Assembly (NCBI GenBank): GCA_965285935.1
Contig: OZ260662.1
Location: forward strand, 82,088,001 to 82,152,000
DNA length: 64,000 nt
Direction of reading: 5' to 3'
DNA from: Ophelia neglecta
Lineage: Eukaryota
In this document: positions 26,301 to 35,289 of the stretch, in pieces
How the letters are laid out: each line of letters starts with the position of its first letter
Numbering within the stretch: position 1 is the stretch's first letter
Position numbers and translations under genes: made by a program
The notes under the pieces: model-generated
What the model was told of the DNA's origin: nothing
The model's database searches: none
The model's input: the letters and a program-made list of their open reading frames with translations, nothing else

Positions 26301-26571
26301 CTGTTTGTAGGTATTGTCCATAATCTGTGATAAAAGCTCTGTAATGTTCATGAACTGCATGTGGTCTACAGGCCTTTATTTCCATGTCAACATCACTCAT
26401 GTCCTTACATAACTTGTCAAAAATGGTCTTCAATTGCCTTTCCTGGTCATCCTTCATAATATTCTGTACATATTGGGCCATTTTTGGTGTCACTTTAATT
26501 GTTCTTCCACTTCTGGTGATCAATGCTTTATCTGGGTGAAGTTTTACTGTAGCGGGGGCTATCACTGCCAT
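20395..26571 (-). CDS. BEL/Pao gag-pol polyprotein (2058 aa): gag, zinc knuckles, aspartic protease, RT, RNase H, integrase
   Basis: Gag core PEVFKGDILKYPLW...RLYYLQKYTAGEAREAI. Three Cys/His knuckles (CTLCKAHHKLEVC, CMGCLRWGHLKRDC, CEKCKGCHPTPLH). Protease ALLDPQS. RT WYLPHH..LRVVFDCS..FGATSSP..FYVDD. RNase H HHFSDAS..PRLELAAA. Integrase HHCC finger plus AVDLFGP/RSDRGTNF/GVWERQI, and Pao C-terminal RWRRVQYLADQFWSRW...RPVHKL. Confidence 0.97.
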   Translation of the reverse strand: MAVIAPATVKLHPDKALITRSGRTIKVTPKMAQYVQNIMKDDQERQLKTIFDKLCKDMSDVDMEIKACRPHAVHEHYRAFITDYGQYLQTEEDILLDLPSDDKVKHEKQYERQSTILRTFKASVEDFLTKNPMSLDTLSPKDSASNIKSHLSRSSVRSNVSLLRLQEEQKIAELSARKAALNEQYHIDRHRKQIEMEQRAKTEELRLQQQQLDDLAQLSKYELNRLEEEFHLHTEMAVSEAKAQVFEKYERGSNMSSGKPQNLAPEAPTSSPTVTFNPTMNYSAGITAPVFTSTPFVAQQTLPTSRPLMTEVNQATHPLTERSCSPNDLSRLADLLANRQDNLPQLEPEVFKGDILKYPLWIKSFESLIEDNVSTPSKRLYYLQKYTAGEAREAIQGLVTLNDDSAYMDARRILDERYGNAFIISEAYRSQLMKWPVIKPNDGRSLRKFSDFLCNCLSAMNSIDYLNVLNDVHENQNLLSKLPKYVCDRWGRIVDDCLHSYENCCYPNFAKFCEFLKKEARIACGPASIKSHQEFVKEQPRRMGGGQTNARSFASHTEVPDSNIEIANCNATSTQSAQNTPRVLSCTLCKAHHKLEVCPNFLKINLRERMALVRSKGLCMGCLRWGHLKRDCRSKQSCEKCKGCHPTPLHDDSYVPQERALVGKGPVRDNEVNAPKKERKHEVVSHRTEAYDGNQPVQDCFHSLIVPVYLSHESKPDGQVLVYALLDPQSNSCFIAESTLSKIGAEGPKIELKLSTMLGEEIVRCKKVSGLVIRDLDNGTNITLPPTYSRNDIPASHSQIPRPETVSQWPHLVKVAENLHPYEKDVEIGLLIGTNCARVLKPRDIVPGQQDDPYAIKTDLGWGVIGMMDNSVKQNAKSFCRAVTIEERSCHFSFRTQAREISPVQVTGMFEREFNERESEEKVSIEDRRFLKLVSDGIIQRDDGHFQIPLPFKQNNLKLPNNRPMAEKRLKRLKAKMKSDKRYKTEYTAFMNDMIAKGYAEKVPPSQDTLDNGRIWYLPHHGVIHAKKSKLRVVFDCSAEYQSETLNHHLLQGPDMNNNLVGVLCRFRKEVVALSCDIEGMFLQVSVNPKDRDFLRLLWWENDDFDMEPIPYRMTVHPFGATSSPACASFALKRTADTYEKAYGKAAADFLRRDFYVDDGLKSVATTSEALQLIKSSTDMCKEGGFNLHKYVCNNKDVLSAIPNECRAKDVQSLDLLRDKLPVERTLGIQWCVESDTFQFVVVLKDQPFTRRGILSSVSSIYDPMGLVSPFLLKGKKILQELCRDGANWDDPIPDEMRMRWDKWRTELKQLSDLKIRRCYREEKNGTPEDIQLHHFSDASTEGYGQCSYLRLTDSEGNVSCSLVMSKSRVAPSKPVTMPRLELAAAVVSVRIGRFLERELDYENISHFYWTDSMVVLGYIANEARRFHIYVANRVQTIRNSTTPDQWGYVDTKVNPADLASRGIGAEELKTSSLWWKGPDFLSANMLPPTEITTPELVPEDPEVRKVTTFFTKAKSTNLADILTRLERFSSWHSVRRAIAVCMRFKKKLLDRSVKRPKEIDHSEMSRIEMMKTYAPVNVEEMKQAEDVIIKMVQGQAFSKERDIMRKIKSHEEIDNTRKRKPSMKESGSLYRLDPFLDQHDLVRVGGRIKRANMPKEVTNPVILPRHSHITMLVILHYHKQCGHSGRGMTLNNIRAAGYWIIAGTSAVTSHIWHCVMCRKLRGANLGQKMADLPNDRLDPSPPFSYSAVDLFGPFLVKEGRRELKRYGTLFTCLVSRAVHIEIAHSLSTDSFLNAYRRFVGRRGPIRQLRSDRGTNFVGAKGELQHALDEMDHNKIRQEMLKEQCDWVSFAMNFPHSSHKGGVWERQIRSVRNALSAILMEHGSQLNDELLATFMVEAEAIVNSRPLTFPDMGSPDASEPISPSQLLTLKTKVVLPPPGVFQREDLYCRRRWRRVQYLADQFWSRWKVEFLPTLQPRQKWTKSQPNIAKDDIVLMIDEQVPRCSWPLGRVLDTFPGNDGLVRKVRLAVRQSTYERPVHKLVLLIRRGDPVEEPPTDVK
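26532..26547 (-). other. Non-canonical primer-binding-site position (GTAAAACTTCACCCAG; no TGG)
   Basis: The sequence immediately 3' of the 5' LTR lacks the TGG complementary to tRNA CCA. It is complementary to the predicted spliced LTR junction CTGGAATGAAG|TTTTAC. Confidence 0.65.
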
Positions 26572-27118
26572 CTATAACAACACTCTTTGACAGTAATAGA
26601 TCTTTATTTCGGCGTTCACAGTCTCATTAATCACGTACAATCCGTAAGCCACTAAAAATACGTACGATGCTTAAACGACGATCGTTGACCACGTAAAACT
26701 GAAAACAAACAAACCTCCATTACAACTAGGCCACAGACATAAATTATGTTAATTATGCTGGACGAACACGTGCGTAGGTTTGACATTCTAATTACTGATT
26801 TTTATACATCAATAAGACAATAAAATTGACGAAACTTATTTGTTTACTATCTATGCATGTTTACCTTCATTCCAGGGTTCACATTTAACAATTTTCAGCG
26901 GAATCATTCCTTTAGGAGCATAAAACAGGATAGGTAAGTAGCCTAAGACTTGGCTGATCGAAAACCGGAAACAACTGAATCTAGATCTACCGGAAGCAAA
27001 CACCACAACTAGGAAATACAGAAGCACACACAGAGACGCCTAGGGAACTAGGCGTGCATTACCATAATAACCACAGGACTAATGGGGCAGTAGTATACGA
27101 CCACTAGACGCACTTACA
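26548..27118 (-). repeat. 5' LTR of BEL/Pao element (571 bp)
   Basis: Direct repeat of 19622-20192. On the minus strand it starts TGTAAG and ends GCTACA. AATAAA at 26608-26603. Confidence 0.97.
26699..26864 (-). other. Putative 166-nt GT-AG intron within the LTR (copy in 3' LTR at 19773-19938)
   Basis: Donor AAG|GTAAAC at 26864, branch-like ATTAAC about 50 nt upstream of the acceptor, acceptor GTTTGTTTGTTTTCAG| ending at 26699, AT-rich interior. Confidence 0.55.
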
Positions 27119-28273
27119 TTCGGAAACGCCGTTGTTCGTGGCAGAGAAACTGTCGGTCTGTACTTGTCTGGCTGATTGCTTGCTTAAAATAAAATTTTAT
27201 CTGACTGAAACACATGACTGATATTTTGATAAGCTAGATAATTTCGCCAGCTCGGATCTGTTGATACAGGTTGAATCCCGGAATAGTTAAAACCAAAAAG
27301 AACTCGAGCTCATTGAATACTAATCGCCGGGAAAACTGTCTGGCTGCCGCGAGACAGGTGCACGACGCAACAATTAAGGTTTACAAGTAAATCCTCGCAA
27401 GGCGCATCGACAAGGGGACAACCATCTCGGTAGGGTGTTGCGACCGCCAGATAAGGTTTTGTCTCATTTGGGAAAAAGCCTGGAAACAAACCAAATAGAG
27501 TGAAGTCGGTAGGTGTGTTGCCATTTGTTAAAAACAACTAAATTTGTTATCCAAACACATTACATTCTGACTTAAAGAGGTTTCGGTGTCCTATTCGGCA
27601 CGTTTAACAAATGAATCTGCTTCCGTGTGAAATAATCCGGCCAAGCACCTGTTGAAGTGAATTTCTCTATATATGAGAATAATCCGTGACGTTTGGCAAT
27701 ATTAACTAACTGAGGTAGATACCCTCTGCGCGTGCCGCAGCCCCATATTACAGTCATTATTTGTAGACAAAACAGTCGCAAACTAAGATTATATAGTGGC
27801 GAACGTACAATTAGTTTTCAAATATGCCATGATGCCGTATACAATGTTGAAGGCAGTTAGGGTGTCCAATTGACAGGCATAAGCTACTGCACCTCTCGAG
27901 TTGCAAACACGATCGCCTCAGTCAGTCCGATGGAATACAGAAGATAATCACCACCTTTCTGATATGCATTTTGAATATCTATGGGGAATTGAATATTATT
28001 TGCATGTAGGTGAACGATCCATCGGTTCAGAACAATCTTTCGAACAACTTATATTAGATTACATGCAACTTGATCAGGAATAATAGTGTTACCGAATAGG
28101 TAAGAAATTCTCAGGAACCACCAGCAGGCTCACAACCACAAAATGAAGCAGAACGATAGGACTAATGTATAAAAATTATAATTGTCAATATGAAATAGTT
28201 ATGGAGACATTAAACCTAACTTTGCATTATAATCTATGTAAATGTATGATCACCATGTGTGCGAAAAATCTGC

Positions 28274-28690
28274 CTTACCTCCTGATCTCTTCGTCGACAC
28301 CGATTTGGAGTAGCGTGCCATCTAGGACTTTATATATATGTACCCCATTGCTATGCACAACGCTTTTTTCAAAGTAAATTGTCACATCCGCTTCCATAGA
28401 ACGATCAAGCATCTTCAGCGGACACTTAAAGCTTGTTTATCAGCATGAATAATTCATGATTATATTAACTGTAAGATTCTGTCACGAACTTACATAAGTC
28501 AGCCAGTATTATATTGTATCAATTATAAGTGTTAAATGTGGAATAGATACTTTGAGGTTAATTTTTTTCATTCAGCCCGACTTTCAGGAGAGCTCAGGTG
28601 ACGCCCAATGGCCATTTTATTTAAATCGTTAATAACATTCATTTGAAATTCGGAAACGTCGTCGTTCGTGGCACAGTTACTATAGGTCTG
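28274..28690 (-). repeat. Diverged duplicate of the block interrupted by the retrotransposon (19354-19621 + 27124-27160); candidate promoter and non-coding first exon
   Basis: Shared strings CACATCCGCTTC.ATAGA.CGATCAAGCATCTTCAG, TTCAGCCCGACTT and TTGAAATTCGGAAACG.CGT.GTTCGTGGCA. Minus-strand TATATAAA (28336-28329) and donor AG|GTAAG (28278; counterpart at 19358). Confidence 0.75.
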
Positions 28691-30002
28691 CCTGGTAACA
28701 AAAGAAGCTGTGACTAAGGTTTAAGGTCTGCAGTGAATGAACTAGGGTCGGTCGGGTCATCTGAAACAATGGTTTAAGGCCTATGGTGTGGCAACGCGAG
28801 AGTTGCTCTTCACACAGAGCATCAACCTATACTGTAGCCTATAGGTTCTAGCTTCAAAACAAATATGAATGACGAACACTTTCCCTTCTTCCCACTCCTG
28901 CTCCCAGGCCCACTACCACATTCCCTCCCACTCATCCCCCATCCCTCTCACTCCTGCCCCTCTCTCCCACTTCCGCCCCATCACTAACACTTTTGCCCAA
29001 CTTCCTTCATCTCACCTTGCTCAGATGCTGGAATATGTGGTAAGGCAAAGCAGCCAATTTAGTTGTAGACGTATTGAAAGTAGAATACCATTCGAAGATG
29101 GCACATGTATATCGGGTGAGATTATTTGATATGTGGCATTACCTTTATTAACCTAAATATAATTCAATAAAATAATACCATATTCCGTATCCAACATAAA
29201 GTTCTCCATAAATGTGTTAACATTTACATATGGGCCCACGTAAGGCATCTCCGTCGATAACCGGCATCTACTTAGCAAAGCAGTATTCAAACATAAGTAT
29301 TCCTCTTATTGAAATTGACAGCCAGCTGGGTCCTTAAGATATCTACAAGACTATGTGTATAATACATCAGCTTAACATGACAGATTGCCAAGGTTTCTGT
29401 TTTGGAGTTAACAATTATTTCCGTATCTGTACGTATGCTCGTGCGACATTAGGTAAATTAGTTAACATGATATCCTTGCTGATCACGTCTGTGTTATTTA
29501 CTGGCTGACAAAACATGACTATATTATGGGACGAAGGCTAATAAAGGCTTAACTGTGGTTGGAGACGAATTAACGTGAGCATCTGAGTGAATAATTTGAT
29601 TGATAAACACTTTGATAGAAACCGTCTTGACTGTCAGTAGTACATAAGAAACGTTCTCTGTTCAAACAAGGCGGATACATATAAACAATTGATAAGAAAC
29701 TCTTTTTTTATTGCAACTTAAGATATTTTCACAGCATAGATTATTTTCAATTGCACTAACACCTAAGTTATATTAATACCTTCGATTAACCTCGGTTTCT
29801 TGTCTTGCATTGTTGTTAACTTTCATTATGCCTGAACGAAACATCATATAATAACATAATAGCAATCAATTGAATTAAAAAAAATCCCCAATTTGAAAAA
29901 AGACGTTTGGCACTTGGGCATGTATATTATATAATTGTGACGAACAGTTTCCCTAGTCGATATGAAGTGCTAGGAACCACATCTGGAAAGACTGCTTTGT
30001 AG

Positions 30003-33000
30003 TTAATAGTTCAATAGGAATGTCATCAAGTTGATCAACAGGACACAAACTGACGAAATATTAGGTAGAGCACTGCCTTCATTCACCCCTGGCTGACATT
30101 CTGCGGCGGTAGGATTTGAAACACAGAGCAAATGAAGTGTCTCGCTGAAAAACAAAACAGATAAGTTTGAATAGGTAGATAAGCACACTTAAATTGTGAT
30201 GTATATGATGGTAGGTAAAATATGCATTGGAAAGGGTTATGAACATGCACACTATCATTGATTAGTCTCCGAAGTATTCACTTTGAAATTCTTTTAAATC
30301 GATTTTATTCTTAGCTAAGGTCACCGCTATACGGGACATGAGCTAACTCCGTCATTTGAAACAAACCGAGGATCTTTACAAATATATAAGGACGCTCAAC
30401 CCTAGGACAGGACTTTGTTTTAGTTGAATTTTGTACTAGGATAATTCTCCATTTCAAGCCCTCAAGATACAGATTATTACTGCCGTCTTGAGTTATTTCG
30501 TCTTGTATGTCTGCATTACATTTTCCCAGTACTAAAATAATGTTATAAAGGCTGGTGTCAAGTGAATAATATATCTTTCTTTAGAGACATGAATTTAATT
30601 AACATTTTAACAATATAATCATTGCGAGCCCACGCATTAACTTTGCTGTTTTATTTTTAATATTGTTTTTTTTGGCACTTGCTACGCAAAAACATTGCTT
30701 TATTTGACCAATTGCACTGGGGCATATAAGTTGTACCTTTCGCTTCCATTGCGTGGGATCCTCTACATCTTAAAAATTTTAATCTGATTTATGCCTATTG
30801 TGAAAATACGTTTTGGTTTATGCTATATGTTAAATGTCATGTTGCTATGTAACCATGTTCTCCAGGACAATGACCATTATTAATATAAATATGATCCAGG
30901 GTTTTTCCGTCAAAAAATACCAAGCTGCAGTTTGACAAAACCTCGTACATAATTCGAATTGAGGGTCAAATACCACAACTAATTCACCTTCTAATTTTTT
31001 ATTTGATGAATGAAACAAAGTTAATGGAACACACTCAAAAAGTATAACTTACGGTGGATCATCAATACACGAATAGGTAATTCCCTGGGATAACGCTATG
31101 GCTTCAAGAATCTTCAGAGATCCCTGGCCACAAATCTCCCTGTAAACAGTATACCTTGTCAATTTAAATGGTTCGTAGCCATTGAATACTTATTATGAAC
31201 ACGGTTAGGTATATATTACCTTTTATACAAGAATAAAATTCCACTGAGATTACCTTTTCTTAATGGATTTCCCTATCGCACAATTGCATGTGCAATAAGT
31301 AAATTAAATTGGCAAAAAATTAAAGTTGTATGGAGCAGTATCGACAAACCGTACATCGCAAAATTGCATCAAAAGCATTTTTATAAATTCAACAAAACTA
31401 TAAGTTACAAACACGTTATATTAGATATGTAACGTGCTCCATAGAGAATAAAGGCTTATTTTCATGGCTTCACGCCATCAATTTCCTTAGCACTCTATTA
31501 GATTTCCCTTTTCAGTCTTTCCGACCGATAGATAGTTGCTGACCCTGCATTGCTCTGTTGTGGGTTTGCCCTTATGCTATGTACTTAAAACGTGAATTTC
31601 AGAATAATTAGGATTTTATTTGTGAGTAAATAGGTCTTTCATTCTCATGAAAACAAGAGTGTCATATACTTAAATAACTTAGATATTACAAGTGCCAGAG
31701 AGTTTATTAATTTTGGCAAAGCCAGGCACAAATGATAGGGAGCCCGGGTCTTTGACCTGTATCAAGGTACCGAAAAATGAGAGAAAGAATAATAAAAAAC
31801 CAACAATCGTTATTGAACAACAATAACGGCAACTTAGCATATAATTAAACGATATAACAAGCACAATGGTCTTCATTCGAGTAACTTATGTTCTAACAAC
31901 GTTTAAACCTATACATTAACAAAATAGCTTTTTATTGCTTATATGTACGCACGTCTTTGGCTTTCCAACATCGTGAACCAGCCAGATCTCTAGATGTGTC
32001 ACTCTTGGAGCAACAAGGTTTACCAGCTCCTGGTCGGCAAATATACTGAAACAAGGTTTATAAGTTTTTTGTTAACAAATATACTGAAACAAGGTTTACA
32101 AGTTCCTTGTCAGAAAATATACTGCGCGACGATTTACATGGAAGCTGCTTCCTGCTTCTGGATTGGGCTATACTTGGGTCAGTCAGCCAGGTCAACTAAT
32201 CAATGACGCTGTTACAAACATATAGTTTGCTTCAGCAAGACACGTGCAAAATACATTTATAGCAAAGCAAAGTTAGCATGATCAACAAGTGTATTATTTA
32301 TACAAATGTTTTAATAAAAAGAAAAAAGAGATGAACGAGCCAAGGCTTACATGACTCACGGAATTATAGCAATGCACCGTGTGGCGCAAGGTTATGAAAT
32401 TTCACGAGACATTTAATTTATCACAAGGATAAATTCGCCAGTTGCACAGGGCGCTTTCGTTTCCCAATCACTGTACGGGGAAATTTTGTTCCCAAATAAT
32501 AAATCGATTTTGAATCACATTTCATAAAACTTCTTAGTGTCCAAGCTTGTCCAATCTAATGTTTTCTTAAAGACACCAATATCTAAGTTTGATTAAAGTT
32601 CAGTCTCTTACGTTTTGTTCTGGAAAGCAGGCTTATCTACAAGTGAACCGTTCAGTGCCGCTCTGACGAACCCTTGTATCTTGGCCGAGAACTAGCAGAA
32701 GGCAAAATAAATGGCTCTTAATACATGCTTAATACAAAACTCATAGCATGAGATCGTCTTTGACGTTTGTGCATGGTCGTGTCGGAGAAGAATATTATCG
32801 AGCAGGGCAAATGGCATCATTGAATTAAATATATATCTAAATGTTGACCAATCCACTTACTATCATATTAACTGTAAACAAATATTAATTAATGTAACGA
32901 CCTTGGATGGTTATGAATGTAGCTCTAATAGTGTGGGGGATATTAACAAATAAATTAAATTATATAATTATACTTGCTTGGAAAGACAGTTCCTTCCAAA

Positions 33001-35289
33001 AATTATAAGTGACTTCACCCGGACATGACATGTAGGGTGGACAGTAAATGTAATCAATCCCGGGGGGATGCTGACTACCACAGTATCTTATACCCTGGGC
33101 AATGTGACCTTCAATGAAGCCAATCTAATAGAGTTGGGTGTAACTATCAGGATGAGATACATGTTAAAAGATACGTTAACCAGTAAGAATTAACACACTA
33201 ACATTATTTTATGTGCATTTTTTTTCTGTGCATTGATTATATGATGCAAACTAGCTGGAATTTAATGGTTTGATATTTTGTTTAAACAAAAGATCTCAAG
33301 GTTATTAATAATGTTATACTACACTTTGAAAAACGGGAGTGGATACTCGACGGGCAAAGCAAAATTATTAATAAGGAGAAATCCAGTTGTCCATGAATAC
33401 CAGGAACCACCAGCCACAGACCCGTAAGAGGTGACAGGTGAACATTAATGTTGATGTACCTGCTAAATAGTCGGCTAAAGCCGTAGCTCGTGTTCCATGG
33501 TCCGAATATTTGTATGTGAAAGGATAAAGTTCTTCCCATAAAATAGCCTGAAATATAGAATTAATCGCCAGATATGAGGATCGAGACTGGGTGTATGATG
33601 TATCATCTTATGGACATCTATCATACATGCTTTGTTTTCCATGCATTCTTATGAATTTTGGTTATTTACCCCTACGGTGTTTAATAAATGGTTGATTATT
33701 TCGCGATGGCTAGACTCTACATTGAACGTGTACATGTACAATATCTATATGGTAAATAGTCAAAAACAACGGACAAGTTTCTAACCTATAGCGTATGGAA
33801 TGTATTTGAACAATGGAAATATACATAAAACGCAACACATCTATCCACTAGGGTTCATAACTTATATTAAGTTATATTAAGTTGATATAGAAAAAAACCT
33901 TATTATCATTTAATGCAAATATTATTCAGGCCGATATGATTTAATGCATTATATAAATACAGATCAAATTGATAAATTTACTTCTACACTTACTTTCACA
34001 AAACAAAAATATACCTGTCAGAGTCATAAAACAAAATACCAACTCAATACAAAAATTAATACATCACCTATCATGGCCATGAACAAACTTACCAGAGCAA
34101 AGTGATTTTAACATTTTTAATATTAATATTTTAAAACAATGTCACTATTAGTGCGAATATTTCAGAAATAAACCATTTGTTTAATTCCAAACAACTGTAT
34201 CTAATAAAGTTTGTGTTTTATAGTAAAATGTACTCACCGTATTAGGTGGAATGGGATGTGCTGCTTCTGTTACATACTCTCTGAAGTCTTCCTCCGTCAT
34301 ATTACATGGATCTTTATACATAAAGGAATTTGAGAACACTGTCCAAAGCTTGTTACAGTCTTTTCGTCTGAATCATAAGCAAATGTATGCATATATAAAT
34401 GAATTTCGTTCGATTCAAAACTTGATTAAGAAGTGACTTGCTCATCAAGGTATAATTTACACAAAATGTGCGATTCAATAAAATAGAAGAACAATGTCAT
34501 ACAACAAACACGATTTCAAAATGGCTACACGAGTGAAAACGGGAGAGATACATGTACAGATACATGTACCTGGCAGAAAATTTAAAAATATAGTCATTAA
34601 TTAGGAAATAACCATTAAGTAATTCATCGGGAACCGACAGCTACATAACCTCAAACATCAATACTAAGTTCACTCTATATACAAAAGAAATTGCAACGGA
34701 ATTGATAATTAAAACAATACTTGCAATGAAAAGTGCTGTAGTCAGCACTGTTTAATGATGCGAGTAAAATCAGAACAGTTAGCGGTAAATGTAGATCAGC
34801 GATGAAAAGTGCCTTTGGAACGGATAAGGGGTTATGCTCTCTCATAAAAGAATGTCACAATACATGGATCGATTAACCCGAAGAACATACGAATTAACAC
34901 GGATGGGTGTAAAGAGTCTTTGCAATCTCAAATGGTTTAGATCTATTAGCTATAAAATGGTTTAGATCTTATTTCGTTAAGGCATCCGCAATACGGTGTA
35001 TATTCAAAACCTGGTAGAGAGAACAACAAGCACTACCCTCCTCATATACCCTTATCTGCTAAGCAACAAGCGGGAATAAACGACACCAGGCAATATGAGC
35101 AGGGCAAATAAGCACTCACCCGTTAGTAAATAATTCTGGTCTGGTCAACGTTTGAAATTCCCAACACCGCCCGACAAAAATATCCTTCAGATTAGGGGTA
35201 GTCCCTCCATAGACGCCAGGCACCATGAGTGAGGCTACAGCCAGTAATACAACGGATACTAAAGTTAGCAAAGGGGCCGGAGTAGACAT
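30003..35289 (-). CDS. CD38-like: ADP-ribosyl cyclase family, paralog 3 (more divergent); 8 coding exons, ~306 aa, predicted GPI-anchored
   Basis: Exons 35289-35120, 34367-34238, 33547-33460, 33108-32978 (GC donor CAA|GCAAGT), 32691-32612, 32045-31953, 31139-31053 and 30144-30003 join in frame (921 nt). Motifs: GTTPNLKDIFVGRC, DCNKLW, KDPCNMTEEDF, ILWEE, ALADYLAG, FWKELS, AALNGS, IFADQELVNL, CGQGSL, YSCIDDP, hydrophobic tail. Confidence 0.93.
32012..32124 (-). repeat. 38-bp tandem triplication of the exon-6 acceptor and catalytic-Glu segment of ARC paralog 3
   Basis: Three units, each starting CAG|TATATTT, at 32121, 32083 and 32045. They translate as IFSDKELVNLVS, IFVNKKLINLVS and IFADQELVNLVA. 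Confidence 0.88.

Larger units (their letters stand above)
19622..27118 (-). mobile_element. Full-length BEL/Pao LTR retrotransposon (7497 bp), apparently intact and recent
   Basis: Two 571-bp direct repeats with TG...CA ends, no difference found by eye. 5-bp TSD TTCGG at 19617-19621 and 27119-27123. One uninterrupted gag-pol ORF with BEL/Pao domain order, and a polypurine tract next to the 3' LTR. Confidence 0.98.

Noticed and set aside
20679-26323. Many plus-strand ORFs of 60-155 aa inside the retrotransposon
   Set aside because: Antisense shadows of the long gag-pol ORF, with no independent motifs.
26542-26547. PBS start GTAAAA is complementary to U5 snRNA loop I (UUUUAC)
   Set aside because: The match is only 6 nt and does not extend; the spliced-LTR match (11+4 bp) explains the site much better.
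27230-27300. Minus-strand LTIPGFNLYQQ resembling a LINE endonuclease motif
   Set aside because: Too short, with a stop nearby and no supporting GGGV or other APE motifs.
32012-32124. CRISPR-like repeat/spacer look of the 38-bp units (also the 31-bp and 41-bp repeats)
   Set aside because: Eukaryotic context, no cas genes, and the variable parts are homologous to each other; these are ordinary tandem duplications.
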